Source of the DNA: Polyangia bacterium | GTDB taxonomy: Bacteria; Myxococcota_A; Polyangia; Polyangiales; JAUICN01 | DNA: 64,000 nucleotides | Assembly (NCBI GenBank): GCA_030427835.1 | Contig: JAUICN010000003.1 | Coordinates: forward strand, 246,526 to 310,525 | Direction of reading: 5' to 3' | Shown here: in pieces, positions 51,514-61,447 of the stretch | Layout: every line of letters starts with the position of its first letter | How positions within the stretch are numbered: the stretch's first letter is position 1 | Notes under the pieces: generated by a model | Told to the model about the DNA's origin: nothing | Database searches by the model: none | What the model saw: the letters and a program-made list of their open reading frames with translations, nothing else | Made by a program: the position numbers and the translations under genes

Positions 51514-52968
51514 GTGATCGCAAGGAACACACATCCCCCGGGAGAGCCCGCGAACTCCCCACCTGCCCAGCGTGGGCCACAGGCTCCCCATCGAAGGCGC
51601 CGGCGTAGCCGCACGCCAAAGATCACCCTCGGGTTACTCACAAGCCTCGGTTTGGCCTATGCCCTGCAGTTGGCGCTGGGTACCGAACAGAACCCATTTT
51701 TGCTGGTCAACCTGGGCGCGAACGTGCCCGTGCTCGTCCAACAGGGGCAACTGGATCGGCTGGTCACCGCCGCCTGGTTGCATGGCGGTCTTTTGCACCT
51801 AGCCATGAACGGCTTTGCGCTCTGGTCCCTGGGAGGCGTTCTAGAACCCCTGTTGGGCCGCAGTCGTTTTGCAAGCGTCTACTTTCTTTCCTGCATTGGC
51901 GGCGCCCTTGGATCCACCTGGGCCGCCCAGGCCCTGCTTTCCGTTGGCTCCTCCACCGGCATCGCGGGACTGCTCGGTGCCCTGGCCGTCATCCAACTCC
52001 GTTTTCGGGATCGAATTCCAGCCCAGTTCCAGGCGCGTCGCCGGTTTTGGATCACCCTTGTGCTTATCAATGGCGCCGTCATTCTGCTTGTGCCGAACAT
52101 CGACCACGCAGGCCACCTGGGAGGCCTTCTTACGGGAGCCCTGTGCACCCTGCTCATCACCTTGACCCACAGCCCCCTTTCCCCCGCGGCACCCCTACGT
52201 TGGGCGGGGCCTGCAGTCGGTAGCCTCTGCCTTCTGGCAGCCACGGCAGGCCTGGGTGTTTCTGCCAAGAGGTACCTTACCCATCCTTCGGAGGGACGCC
52301 TTGCCATGGTCCACGTCCTGCAAAGCCAATCCCCCCCCGACCCCCTGGCCAACAACTACTACGCCTGGGAAATCGCCATCGACCCTTCGGCCACCCCCCT
52401 GGAGTTGCAAGCCGCACATCAGTTGGCCAAACAGGCGGTGGTACAAGCCCCCTCACAAATCGAGATCCAGGACACCCTGGCCACCCTGCTCCACCGACAA
52501 AAGGCGCACCATCAAGCCGTCATCGTGCAACAGGGCGTGGTACAGGCCGATCCATCCCGGGTGTTTCTCTCCCAACTGGCGCGGTTTCTCACGGCCCGTC
52601 AGATGGAACTCGGCACCTACAAAAGCTCCACCTCGTTGCCTGAGGTGACCCTTGCGGTGCGGACCAAACCGGACGGCACCACGTTGCTCACGGGGCGCCT
52701 CAGCGAACACGTTCCACCCAACGGCATCACCGTGTACGCGCTCGTTCACAGGAGCCGGGAGCTGGTGCAGGAAGAACTCCTGGGCATGGTTCAACTTCAT
52801 ATCGGCAAGGAACCTCGACTGCAGTTCGAGGAGCCCACGACCAAGGGTTGGATCAAGGGAAACAAACTCACGGTGGCCTGGGTAGAAACCTCCCGCGAGC
52901 AAGACGTGGCCCAACGCTGGTCCTGGAGCGCCACGCGCATGGACCCTGAAGTGAACACCTACCCGTAA
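51514..52968 (+). CDS. Rhomboid intramembrane serine protease with C-terminal TPR-like and unknown domains
   Basis: WLHGGLLHLAMN, VGSSTG (GxS), DHAGHLGG. Start estimated at GTG 51514. Confidence 0.88.
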   Translation: MIARNTHPPGEPANSPPAQRGPQAPHRRRRRSRTPKITLGLLTSLGLAYALQLALGTEQNPFLLVNLGANVPVLVQQGQLDRLVTAAWLHGGLLHLAMNGFALWSLGGVLEPLLGRSRFASVYFLSCIGGALGSTWAAQALLSVGSSTGIAGLLGALAVIQLRFRDRIPAQFQARRRFWITLVLINGAVILLVPNIDHAGHLGGLLTGALCTLLITLTHSPLSPAAPLRWAGPAVGSLCLLAATAGLGVSAKRYLTHPSEGRLAMVHVLQSQSPPDPLANNYYAWEIAIDPSATPLELQAAHQLAKQAVVQAPSQIEIQDTLATLLHRQKAHHQAVIVQQGVVQADPSRVFLSQLARFLTARQMELGTYKSSTSLPEVTLAVRTKPDGTTLLTGRLSEHVPPNGITVYALVHRSRELVQEELLGMVQLHIGKEPRLQFEEPTTKGWIKGNKLTVAWVETSREQDVAQRWSWSATRMDPEVNTYP

Positions 52969-52977
52969 CACGGGCGG

Positions 52978-53787
52978 CTAGGGTGCCGACACGCGCGCGT
53001 ACGCATCCCAAAAGTCCCTAAAGGCCTGGGGCAGCGCGGACTCCACGCGAATCCGTCGGCCAACTCCGAGATCCAGGTCGACCTGGGTGCAATGGAGCAT
53101 CAACCGAGCGGCGCGTACCACGGCACCATCCACCCCCACCTTGCGGCGCATCCCCCCGTACAACCGATCCCCCACCAAGGGCACGCCCGCATGGGCCGCA
53201 TGCACCCGCAGCTGGTGGGTTCGCCCCGTCTGGGGGAAAAAGTGCAACCATTGAAGCACCTGTGGGCATCCCTCGGCCGGGCGCCCCTCCGCCTCCACAG
53301 GGGGCTCACTCGACATGCCCTCACTCAAGACACCGTCACTCAACACACGCTGTACAGAAAAGCGGGTGCACGACGGCTTACCAGAACCTGAATCCACCAC
53401 CCGCCGGGTTGGATCCCGCGGGTGAATCGCAAGGGCTCCCGCCCATTGGCCCCCGGGCGGCAACGCCGGCCCCATTCCGAACCCCACATAGGTTCGTCCG
53501 TAGCGCCCCTCCTTACGGGCCTGGAGCACCTGGTGGTTGGCATCCACGTGTTGAGCAAACACCACCACCCCAGAAACGTCCCGGTCCAGGCGAGAGGTGG
53601 GATGGCACAGCGCCCACTCGGGCTCCATCGCCCGAACCCGAGCCACCAAGCAATCCTCATCCCCCCGGGCTGTCGTGAGCAGCCCCACAGGCTTTTCCAC
53701 CACTAAAAAATCCCCGTCACGAAAAAGCACAGGGACTTCACCAACCCCAGGGTGTGGCATCTTCAGGGGTGTTTTTGGGGCGGGCAT
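52978..53787 (-). CDS. RluA-family RNA pseudouridine synthase
   Basis: VVEKPVGL, SRLDRDVSG, TGRTHQLRVH, GDRLYG, LMLH. Start estimated. Confidence 0.9.
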   Translation of the reverse strand: MPAPKTPLKMPHPGVGEVPVLFRDGDFLVVEKPVGLLTTARGDEDCLVARVRAMEPEWALCHPTSRLDRDVSGVVVFAQHVDANHQVLQARKEGRYGRTYVGFGMGPALPPGGQWAGALAIHPRDPTRRVVDSGSGKPSCTRFSVQRVLSDGVLSEGMSSEPPVEAEGRPAEGCPQVLQWLHFFPQTGRTHQLRVHAAHAGVPLVGDRLYGGMRRKVGVDGAVVRAARLMLHCTQVDLDLGVGRRIRVESALPQAFRDFWDAYARVSAP

Positions 53788-53860
53788 TTCCCCAGCATGC
53801 CCCAAAGCGTGGAGACAAGCATGGACGTATGCATCCCCGGGCGCTATGACCGGCCGTCCC

Positions 53861-55399
53861 ATGGACGACGATCATTTCCATGACGAATGCGGTGTATTTG
53901 GTGCCTACAACGCTGAAGAGGCCGCAAACCTCGCCTACCTAGGCCTCCATTCCTTGCAGCACCGCGGCCAGGAAGCGGCCGGCATCGTCACAGGAAACGG
54001 GCAATCCCTTTTCGCCCATCGCGGTCTTGGCCTCGTGCAGGACGTATTCAGCGAACAACGCCTACAACGCCTGCAGGGCAACCTGGCCATTGGCCACGTC
54101 CGGTACGCAACGGCAGGGGAATCCCACATCAAAAATACCCAACCCCTGGCAGTGGACTACGCCCACGGATCCATCGCCGTGGCCCACAACGGAAACCTCA
54201 CCAATGCCCAAGAGCTCCGGTACGAACTGGAGCAAGAGGGCAGTATTTTCTCCACCACCAGCGACACCGAGGTCCTGGTACACCTGATCGCGCGATCCAA
54301 AGCCGCCACCACGGTCGACCGGGTATGCGAAGCCCTCAGCCGTGTTCGCGGCGCCTATTCCATTCTATTTGCCACCCCAGACCAGGTCATCGCCGCCCGG
54401 GATCCCCACGGGTTTCGCCCGCTATGCCTCGGAGAACTATCCCAGGGGGAATCTGCGTCGCCGGAGCACATATCGTCGGGGCGAGCCCTGGCCGTACACG
54501 CACAACCAAGCATGGCTACCCTATTCGCATCTGAACCCCCTGCCTTTGAGTTGGTGGGCGGCACCTTCGTACGGGACCTGGATCCCGGTGAAATCGTGGT
54601 GGTGGATACCCAGGGCACACAATCCCTGACCCCTTTCCCAAAACAGCCATCCCATATGTGCGTCTTCGAATACGTCTACTTTGCCCGACCCGATGCACGG
54701 CTCAACGGCATTCCGGTCTACGACGTGCGCAAGTCCCTGGGCCACCAACTGGCCGAAGAAAAGCCCTCCGACGTGGATCTCGTGATCCCCGTTCCCGACA
54801 GTGGGGTGGCGGCCGCCATGGGGTATGCCGAAGCCATCGATCGGCCCTTCGAGCTGGGCCTCATCCGAAGCCACTACGTGGGTCGCACCTTCATCGAACC
54901 CCAGCAATCCATTCGCCACTTTGGGGTTCGCCTCAAACTCCATCCCGTACGGCATCTGCTCAAGGGAAAACGTGTGGCCGTCATTGACGACTCCATCGTG
55001 CGGGGCACCACCAGCCGGAAAATCGTAAAAATGATCCGGGAGTCCGGCGCAGCAGAAGTACACCTGCGCATCAGCTCACCACCCACACGCTGGCCCTGCT
55101 TCTACGGCATCGACACACCGTCCAGAAAAGAACTCATCGCCAGCACCCACACCACCGACGAAATCGCCAGGCACCTCACCGCAGACAGTGTGGGTTACCT
55201 GAGTATTGAAGGGCTGCACAGGGCGGTCAGCAAAAATGACCCCAAACAAAGCCACCTCCGGGTTGCCCAGGCTTCCCCCAACCCCGACGAGCCCATTTCA
55301 GGGAAAGGCTACTGCGACGCCTGCTTCAGCGGAAACTACCCTGTGCCCTTTGAACAAAACACACCCCACCGGCGCCAACTCGGCCTGGTTGGCGTCTAG
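53861..55399 (+). CDS. purF: Amidophosphoribosyltransferase
   Basis: Propeptide then CGVFG, LQHRGQE, GHVRY, HNGN, DDSIVRGTT, Fe-S Cys motifs (CVFE, PCFYG, CDAC). Confidence 0.98.
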   Translation: MDDDHFHDECGVFGAYNAEEAANLAYLGLHSLQHRGQEAAGIVTGNGQSLFAHRGLGLVQDVFSEQRLQRLQGNLAIGHVRYATAGESHIKNTQPLAVDYAHGSIAVAHNGNLTNAQELRYELEQEGSIFSTTSDTEVLVHLIARSKAATTVDRVCEALSRVRGAYSILFATPDQVIAARDPHGFRPLCLGELSQGESASPEHISSGRALAVHAQPSMATLFASEPPAFELVGGTFVRDLDPGEIVVVDTQGTQSLTPFPKQPSHMCVFEYVYFARPDARLNGIPVYDVRKSLGHQLAEEKPSDVDLVIPVPDSGVAAAMGYAEAIDRPFELGLIRSHYVGRTFIEPQQSIRHFGVRLKLHPVRHLLKGKRVAVIDDSIVRGTTSRKIVKMIRESGAAEVHLRISSPPTRWPCFYGIDTPSRKELIASTHTTDEIARHLTADSVGYLSIEGLHRAVSKNDPKQSHLRVAQASPNPDEPISGKGYCDACFSGNYPVPFEQNTPHRRQLGLVGV

Positions 55400-55408
55400 A
55401 GTCGGCGT

Positions 55409-56206
55409 CTAGGGTTGGCCATTTAGGGCAGGCAAGATAGCGCTCCTAGCGCACTGGGCCAAGACCGGAGCAAACCGAGTCACAAAACTGGGATCCGTAG
55501 CCAGGTCATTGCGAACTTCGATTTCCACGGCCTGTCCCCCCCGAAGGCATCCCGCGTGCCGTTCAGCCGCGTAGATCAATCCCTCTTTCCCAGAATAGGG
55601 TTCATTGAGTCTCACATCAAGATCGGTCATCGCCTGAAGCGCTTGCCCCAGGCGCTTGCCCCAATCCTCGCTACGTCGAAACAGCACACCCACTTCCACA
55701 TCCCTTGGGACTCCTTGCCAGGTCGGAGTAAACGTGTGAATCGACAGCACACCCTCAAGCACGGCCAGAGCAGAAAAGCACCGTTCCACAGCTTGGTGAT
55801 AACCAAGCCACAACTGCTCCTTTCGTCGAACGAGATCCTCCACGTCACCCACGCTTTCAGAGGGTCCCAAGGAAACCGTACGGCCCCCTACCCGTCGCAC
55901 CACAAGGTCCGGGTGGTTTTCTTCCCGGTTGGGATCCACCAGCAAACGCGTGAATCGCGACATAACAAGCGGCGCGGCCAGGTGACCCGCCACAGCCATG
56001 GCAAGCTCCCGCGCGCCAAGATCGTAGGCCCAATGGGTGTCTTGCAGGCATCGATCCTCGCCGGGCCATTCCCAGCCGACGGGGCACCGGTTCGACGCGT
56101 GGTCGCAGGTCACACCCAGTACCGACCGAGACTCGCCGTCACGTGGGGATGCACAGGCCCCCCACACCTCAAACACTTCCCCCAGTTCAAGCCTGTGTGG
56201 GCTCAA
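55409..56206 (-). CDS. N-formylglutamate amidohydrolase family protein
   Basis: [45 protein letters not shown] start overlaps the upstream TGA. Confidence 0.88.
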   Translation of the reverse strand: MSPHRLELGEVFEVWGACASPRDGESRSVLGVTCDHASNRCPVGWEWPGEDRCLQDTHWAYDLGARELAMAVAGHLAAPLVMSRFTRLLVDPNREENHPDLVVRRVGGRTVSLGPSESVGDVEDLVRRKEQLWLGYHQAVERCFSALAVLEGVLSIHTFTPTWQGVPRDVEVGVLFRRSEDWGKRLGQALQAMTDLDVRLNEPYSGKEGLIYAAERHAGCLRGGQAVEIEVRNDLATDPSFVTRFAPVLAQCARSAILPALNGQP

Positions 56207-57948
56207 AATTGACCCGGGTCCTGAAACTGCCCAAAGACATCCCGCAACACATCACAGATTTCCTGCTCCGAGCAGTACGCCTTTGCCGCCTCGATCATGG
56301 GTGGCATCAAATTGTCCGTTCCCTCGGCGGCTGCCCGTACCGCAGCCAAGCACTGGGCCACCTTTTGGGAATCCCGTTGCTGCTTGACCCGGGCAAGTGC
56401 CTCGCACTGATCCTTTTGCACCCGATCATCCACACGAAGGGTGGGAATGGGAACCTCTTCCTCCTGTTGGTAGCGGTTGACGCCCACCACCACACGTTCC
56501 CCGGAATCGATTTCCTGCTGCAAACGGTAGGCGCTTGTGGAGATTTCCCGTTGGGGATACCCCGCCTCCACCGCATCCACCATACCCCCCATGGCATCGA
56601 TACGTTCAATGTACTCCAGGGCTTCCCGTTCCAACCGGTCGGTTAGCCATTCCAGATAGTAACTCCCCGCCATGGGATCAGCAGAGTGGGTCACCCCGGA
56701 CTCCTCGGCCACAATCTGCTGCGTGCGCAACGCCAGGGTCACGGTCTCCTCCGTGGGAAGCGCGTAGGTCTCATCCAGGGAGTTGGTATGAAGCGAGTTG
56801 GTGCCCCCAAGGGCCGCCGCCATGGCCTGCAACGCCACGCGGGAGACGTTGTTGTACGGTTGCTGCGCCGTGAGAGACACGCCCGCCGTTTGGGCATGGG
56901 TTCGTAGCATCATGGAGCGGGGATCCTTTGCCCCAAACCGATCCCGCATCAGGCGTGCCCACAACCGACGCGCCGCTCGGAACTTTGCGATCTCCTCAAA
57001 GAAGTCGTTGTGCACGTCAAAGAAGAACGACAACCGCGGTGCAAACGCATCCACGTCCAGCCCTCGCTCCACCCCCCACTGCACATAGGCCAAGCCATCG
57101 GCCAAGGTAAACCCAAGTTCCTGGGCAGCCGTGGAACCCGCTTCCCGAATGTGGTAGCCGCTGATGCTCACCGTATTCCACCGGGGCACCTCCCGGGTAC
57201 AAAATGCGATCATATCGGTGACAATGCGCATGGCCGGGCGCGGTGGAACCACCCAGGCGTGTTGGGCAATGAACTCCTTCAGGCAATCGTTCTGAACCGT
57301 GCCCCCAAGCTTCAAACGGGCGATGCCCCGCACGTCCGCCAGGGCCACATAGAATGCCAACAGCACAATCGCGGGGCCATTGATCGTCATGGAGGTGGTG
57401 ACCCGGTCCAGGGGAATGCCATCAAAAAGCACTTCCATGTCCCGAAGCGTATCCACCGCCACACCGCACATGCCCACCTCTCCCAGGGAACGGGGCGAGT
57501 CACTGTCGTAGCCCATGAGGGTAGGAAAATCGAAGGCCGTACTTAGGCCGGTTTGGCCCTGATCCAAAAGAAAACGAAACCGCTGGTTGGTCTGCGCTGG
57601 AGTTCCGAACCCCGCAAACATGCGCATCGTCCAAAGGCGCCCCCGGTACATGGTGGGCTGCACGCCCCGGGTAAACGGAAACTCCCCCGGCAACCCCAAA
57701 TCCTCCATATAATTCCTGGGGGAAAGGTCCGCCGGCGTGACCAAGCCTGGCACCTCGATACCACTCCACGTGGTAAACCGAGGCCGCCTCGGTGGCACCC
57801 GTTGGTGGGCCAAGTCAACCTTCTCACGTTGCCACTGCCGTACCGCCTGCCGAATCGCATCCGCCTCGCCCCCTCCCCACGCTTCTCCTTCGGTAGGTTG
57901 CTCAGAAGAAAGGTCTTGGGAAGAATCGTTTGCAGGAGGTCCGCTCAT
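56203..57948 (-). CDS. B12-dependent acyl-CoA mutase large (substrate-binding) subunit, isobutyryl-CoA mutase-type residues
   Basis: [47 protein letters not shown]. No DxHxxG B12-binding domain. Confidence 0.92.
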   Translation of the reverse strand: MSGPPANDSSQDLSSEQPTEGEAWGGGEADAIRQAVRQWQREKVDLAHQRVPPRRPRFTTWSGIEVPGLVTPADLSPRNYMEDLGLPGEFPFTRGVQPTMYRGRLWTMRMFAGFGTPAQTNQRFRFLLDQGQTGLSTAFDFPTLMGYDSDSPRSLGEVGMCGVAVDTLRDMEVLFDGIPLDRVTTSMTINGPAIVLLAFYVALADVRGIARLKLGGTVQNDCLKEFIAQHAWVVPPRPAMRIVTDMIAFCTREVPRWNTVSISGYHIREAGSTAAQELGFTLADGLAYVQWGVERGLDVDAFAPRLSFFFDVHNDFFEEIAKFRAARRLWARLMRDRFGAKDPRSMMLRTHAQTAGVSLTAQQPYNNVSRVALQAMAAALGGTNSLHTNSLDETYALPTEETVTLALRTQQIVAEESGVTHSADPMAGSYYLEWLTDRLEREALEYIERIDAMGGMVDAVEAGYPQREISTSAYRLQQEIDSGERVVVGVNRYQQEEEVPIPTLRVDDRVQKDQCEALARVKQQRDSQKVAQCLAAVRAAAEGTDNLMPPMIEAAKAYCSEQEICDVLRDVFGQFQDPGQF

Positions 57949-57995
57949 GTCGTTGCAGCATACCACCGACCACAGAAACAATCTCGCACAGCCAC

Positions 57996-58025
57996 GGCAA
58001 CACGGCTCCTGGCAACACGGCTCCT
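57996..58025. repeat. Perfect 15-bp tandem duplication
   Basis: ggcaacacggctcct x2, followed by a partial agcaccac. Confidence 0.85.
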
Positions 58026-58064
58026 AGCACCACCCATCCCAGCAAGGTCCAAACCACGTGGCAC

Positions 58065-58565
58065 CTAGGGGGTCGGAGGCGACTCCTTGTCCAGGGCCTG
58101 GATCAACCCTTGCACCTCAATCATCATCTCCACCTGGGGCCCGGTTTCCAAAAACGCCGACAGGTGCTTTCGTGCCGCCTCCCGGTCCCCCCGTTGATAA
58201 TGGGCAACCCCCAAAAGATAATGGCCATCGGCATCGTCCCGCTCACGCAACAACACCTGCTTGCCCATTCGAATCGCGCGATCCAACTGCTGCATTTCAC
58301 GCAATGCGTGCCCCGCTCCCACCATCGCGCCCAAATAGGCTGGCGCCAACTCCAACGCTCGCAAATAGGCCTTTAGCGCCTGGGGCCACTGCTTAAGTTC
58401 GTAGTAGGCCGCCCCCATAAACTGGTAGGCGTAGGGATTTTCCGGCTCCTGATCCAGTACCCCAGTCAACCGTTCCACCGCACCCTGGGCATTCCCCTCG
58501 GCAATCAGTTCCACCGCCTCTTCCACCGATTCCCAGTGTTGGTCATTGATTTGTTCTTCGTGCAC
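58065..58565 (-). CDS. Tetratricopeptide repeat protein
   Basis: About three TPR-pattern helical pairs; GAGGAG upstream of GTG. Confidence 0.88.
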   Translation of the reverse strand: MHEEQINDQHWESVEEAVELIAEGNAQGAVERLTGVLDQEPENPYAYQFMGAAYYELKQWPQALKAYLRALELAPAYLGAMVGAGHALREMQQLDRAIRMGKQVLLRERDDADGHYLLGVAHYQRGDREAARKHLSAFLETGPQVEMMIEVQGLIQALDKESPPTP

Positions 58566-58661
58566 AACCGCTCCTCACCCCACCCATACTCCCAGGGCGA
58601 CGCCTTGACAAAATAGGGTGAGATCCATACCCCTGCCCTTGAACCTACGGGCTCCCCACCT

Positions 58662-60557
58662 ATGACACCCTTTCGGCACCCGATTCCCCACAACCCCGAA
58701 CCCCGGAACCGTTTCTTGGCCCCAAGGCCTGTTTCCTCCGAAAGCACTGTGGCGGAGAGCACTGTGGCAGAGCGTACGGCTGCAGTGAGGACGGCCGCAG
58801 TGGGAGTCACCACCCTCATCGCCACACTCCTGGCCGTCGCAGCCACCCTCGTCCCCACGGCCCACACCCATGCCCAGACGGTCGTACGGGGCACACGCCT
58901 CAACCAGTATTGGGGTTCTGAAACCCTCCAGGACGGTTTCGCCGCCAGCCGACCTCTCACCCACGGTCATTTACGGCTCGGCGCACAACTCCACATGGAC
59001 TACGCCCACGACCCCCTGGTGGCGGAGCGGGAAGTGGACGGGCGGACCGAACCCTTTGGATCCATCGTGGAACACATGGCCACAGCCCAGCTGTGGCTCA
59101 ACCTTGCCCTGGCCAACCGCTTCACCCTCTTTGTGGGTCTACCCACCCACCTCTGGATGACTGGCGAAGAAGTGGTCGGAGTACCCGTTCCTGACGGAAG
59201 CCGCGTGGGCGACCCGTCCATCGGCGCTCGGGCTCACCTCTACGGCGACGAAAACGCCCCGTTCATGGTGGGTCTACAACTCGCCATGAGCCTACCCACC
59301 GCCAACTGGGTCGACGAAAACCAGGCTTACTCCGGCGAACAGGGAATTACGCTCTACCCCGAACTGCTTCTGGAGCGCAGCTTTGGGAACCTACGGATCA
59401 ACGCCAACATGGGTGCCCGACTACGAAGTGAAACCTCGGAAGTCCTACAAGTGACCGTGGGTCATGAACTCACCGGCGTATTGGGCGTAGCCTATCCACT
59501 ACTCCAGGATCAAATCACGGTGCACGGGGAAATTTTCGGTGCATTTGGCCTACAAGACGCCAGCAGCGCCGCGCAACCCATGGAAGCCCTCGGGGGTGTA
59601 AAATACCTGTGGAAGCCAGAAATCGTGGTGGGTGCGGCGGTCACCACAGGAATTCAAAGCGGCTACGGAGCCCCCGATGTTCGGGGCATCCTCACCCTTG
59701 CCTACCAGGGCCCCGAGATGGGAGATCCCCTGCATTACAGGGATACCGACGGCGACGGGATCGTGGATGCCAAGGATCAGTGCCCGCTCGTTCCGGAAGA
59801 CCTCGACAACTTCGAGGATCGGGATGGATGTCCTGAGGACGACAACGATCAGGATGGCTTGCTGGATTCGGAGGACGGCTGTCCAAACGACCCCGAAGAT
59901 CTCGACGATTTCGAGGATTCCAATGGCTGCCCCGACCCGGACAACGATCAGGACAATGTACTCGACACCCTCGATCAATGCCCTCTCGTTGCCGAAGACA
60001 GGGATGGGATTGCCGACGAAGACGGGTGCCCCGAGGAAGACGCAGATGAAGATACCGTCCTGGATCCTGAGGATCGCTGCCCTCTCACACCCGGTATCAT
60101 CAGCGAAGAACACCCGGATTGTGCGGGCTGCCCCTCAAGTGCCTGTGTGAGTGCGGGTCAAAGCGAAATCCGGATCTTTGAGCGCATCGAGTTTGAAACC
60201 AACGAGGATCGCTTGCTCTCCGCGAGCTTCCATGTGCTCAGCGACGTACTGCACATCGTTCAGAACAACAGCCATATCCGAGTGATTCGCGTGGAAGGCC
60301 ACACCGATAGCCGTGCCGACCACGACTACAACATGGATCTTTCAAAGCGGAGAGCTCTGGCCGTCAAACGGTGGCTTGTGAAACAGGGTGTGAATCCCAG
60401 TCGCCTCCAGGCCTTTGGTTGTGGGGAGATGCACCCCCTGGCGGACAATCTCACCTCCTCCGGGCGCCAGGCCAACCGCCGAGTGGTCTTCCCCATCGTG
60501 GATCCGGCCCCCACCCAAGCCCACATCTCCACCGGTTGCGTCCAGGCCAGCGAATAA
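58662..60557 (+). CDS. TraB-like protein: signal peptide, beta-barrel-like domain, thrombospondin type 3 repeats, OmpA C-terminal domain
   Basis: DxDxDG...DxCP repeats, VEGHTD, YNMDLSKRRA, NRRV; amphipathic strands in the N-terminal half. The true start may be further downstream. Confidence 0.88.
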   Translation: MTPFRHPIPHNPEPRNRFLAPRPVSSESTVAESTVAERTAAVRTAAVGVTTLIATLLAVAATLVPTAHTHAQTVVRGTRLNQYWGSETLQDGFAASRPLTHGHLRLGAQLHMDYAHDPLVAEREVDGRTEPFGSIVEHMATAQLWLNLALANRFTLFVGLPTHLWMTGEEVVGVPVPDGSRVGDPSIGARAHLYGDENAPFMVGLQLAMSLPTANWVDENQAYSGEQGITLYPELLLERSFGNLRINANMGARLRSETSEVLQVTVGHELTGVLGVAYPLLQDQITVHGEIFGAFGLQDASSAAQPMEALGGVKYLWKPEIVVGAAVTTGIQSGYGAPDVRGILTLAYQGPEMGDPLHYRDTDGDGIVDAKDQCPLVPEDLDNFEDRDGCPEDDNDQDGLLDSEDGCPNDPEDLDDFEDSNGCPDPDNDQDNVLDTLDQCPLVAEDRDGIADEDGCPEEDADEDTVLDPEDRCPLTPGIISEEHPDCAGCPSSACVSAGQSEIRIFERIEFETNEDRLLSASFHVLSDVLHIVQNNSHIRVIRVEGHTDSRADHDYNMDLSKRRALAVKRWLVKQGVNPSRLQAFGCGEMHPLADNLTSSGRQANRRVVFPIVDPAPTQAHISTGCVQASE

Positions 60558-60568
60558 CATACCCGCCA

Positions 60569-60602
60569 AACCAGCAATCCGGTCGGCTGGTTGCACTTTT
60601 TG
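60569..60602 (+). terminator. Possible hairpin between the OmpA gene and the first Cys-rich gene
   Basis: aaccagc/gctggtt inverted repeat followed by gcacttttt. Confidence 0.3.
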
Positions 60603-60625
60603 CGCCCTGCCTGCACACTTGCACC

Positions 60626-61372
60626 ATGCAGTTCGGTCAACGGTGGCGCATCCTAGCAACGGTTTCAGCGGTCGGGGGGTTCCTTACCCTACCCCTTTCA
60701 GCGTCGGCCCAGTGCATACGGACCGAGTGTGAAATCGACGGGGGGTGCATCAGCGACGGTGCAGTCAACCCAAACAACACATGCCAAGTATGCGACGTGG
60801 ACGCCAACAAAACCGCCTGGACAACCCTTGCGGATTTCACTGCCTGCGATGACGGTGATTACTGCAGCATCGGAGAGAGTTGCCGATCCGGGCGATGTGG
60901 GGGGCTGTCCCAACGACGCACTTGTAGCAGCCTGGACGTCCCATCCTGCGCCCTGGCGCTCTGCAGTTCCACAATGCAATCCTGTGTGATCCAGTTTCCC
61001 GCAACCACGGTAGCAACCCATTGTTTGATTGATAGTGTTTGCATCCCCGATGGAGCCAATGACGACATGGGCAACATCCCCTCCCCCACGCCGTGCGGCC
61101 GATACTGCGACGTGGACAAGGACAACCGAGGGTGGACTTACTTTCCGGGTGAGTGCGATGGGGGGGTCACGGATGGAGGTGCCGGTGATGGCGGTACCAC
61201 GGGTTCCGGCAACAACGTGGTCACACCCAATACCCAGGACCCTGCAGAAATTGGCGCGGGCGGCAACGGCCTTTTCTGTGCTGCAGGGCCCCAATCCCAC
61301 AGCTCCCCCGCAGGGCTCGCACTCTGGTTGCTCGGCATCACCGCCTGGATTCGCCGTCGACGACGCGGCTAG
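60626..61372 (+). CDS. Secreted Cys-rich protein with MYXO-CTERM-like sorting tail (paralog 1)
   Basis: Signal ending ASA|Q, 19 Cys in the mature part, tail GGNGLFC...LALWLLGITAWIRRRRRG. Confidence 0.85.
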   Translation: MQFGQRWRILATVSAVGGFLTLPLSASAQCIRTECEIDGGCISDGAVNPNNTCQVCDVDANKTAWTTLADFTACDDGDYCSIGESCRSGRCGGLSQRRTCSSLDVPSCALALCSSTMQSCVIQFPATTVATHCLIDSVCIPDGANDDMGNIPSPTPCGRYCDVDKDNRGWTYFPGECDGGVTDGGAGDGGTTGSGNNVVTPNTQDPAEIGAGGNGLFCAAGPQSHSSPAGLALWLLGITAWIRRRRRG

Positions 61373-61447
61373 GGATACACACGCCCATAAAAATAGCGAA
61401 AAACAGGCTCACAGGCCGGTTGAATCCTGTTTTCGAACTCCCAGACT

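Noticed and set aside
59740-60090. Repetitive DNA that might be a CRISPR array
   Set aside because: It is in-frame TSP3 coding repeats; there are no identical repeats with unique spacers and no cas genes.
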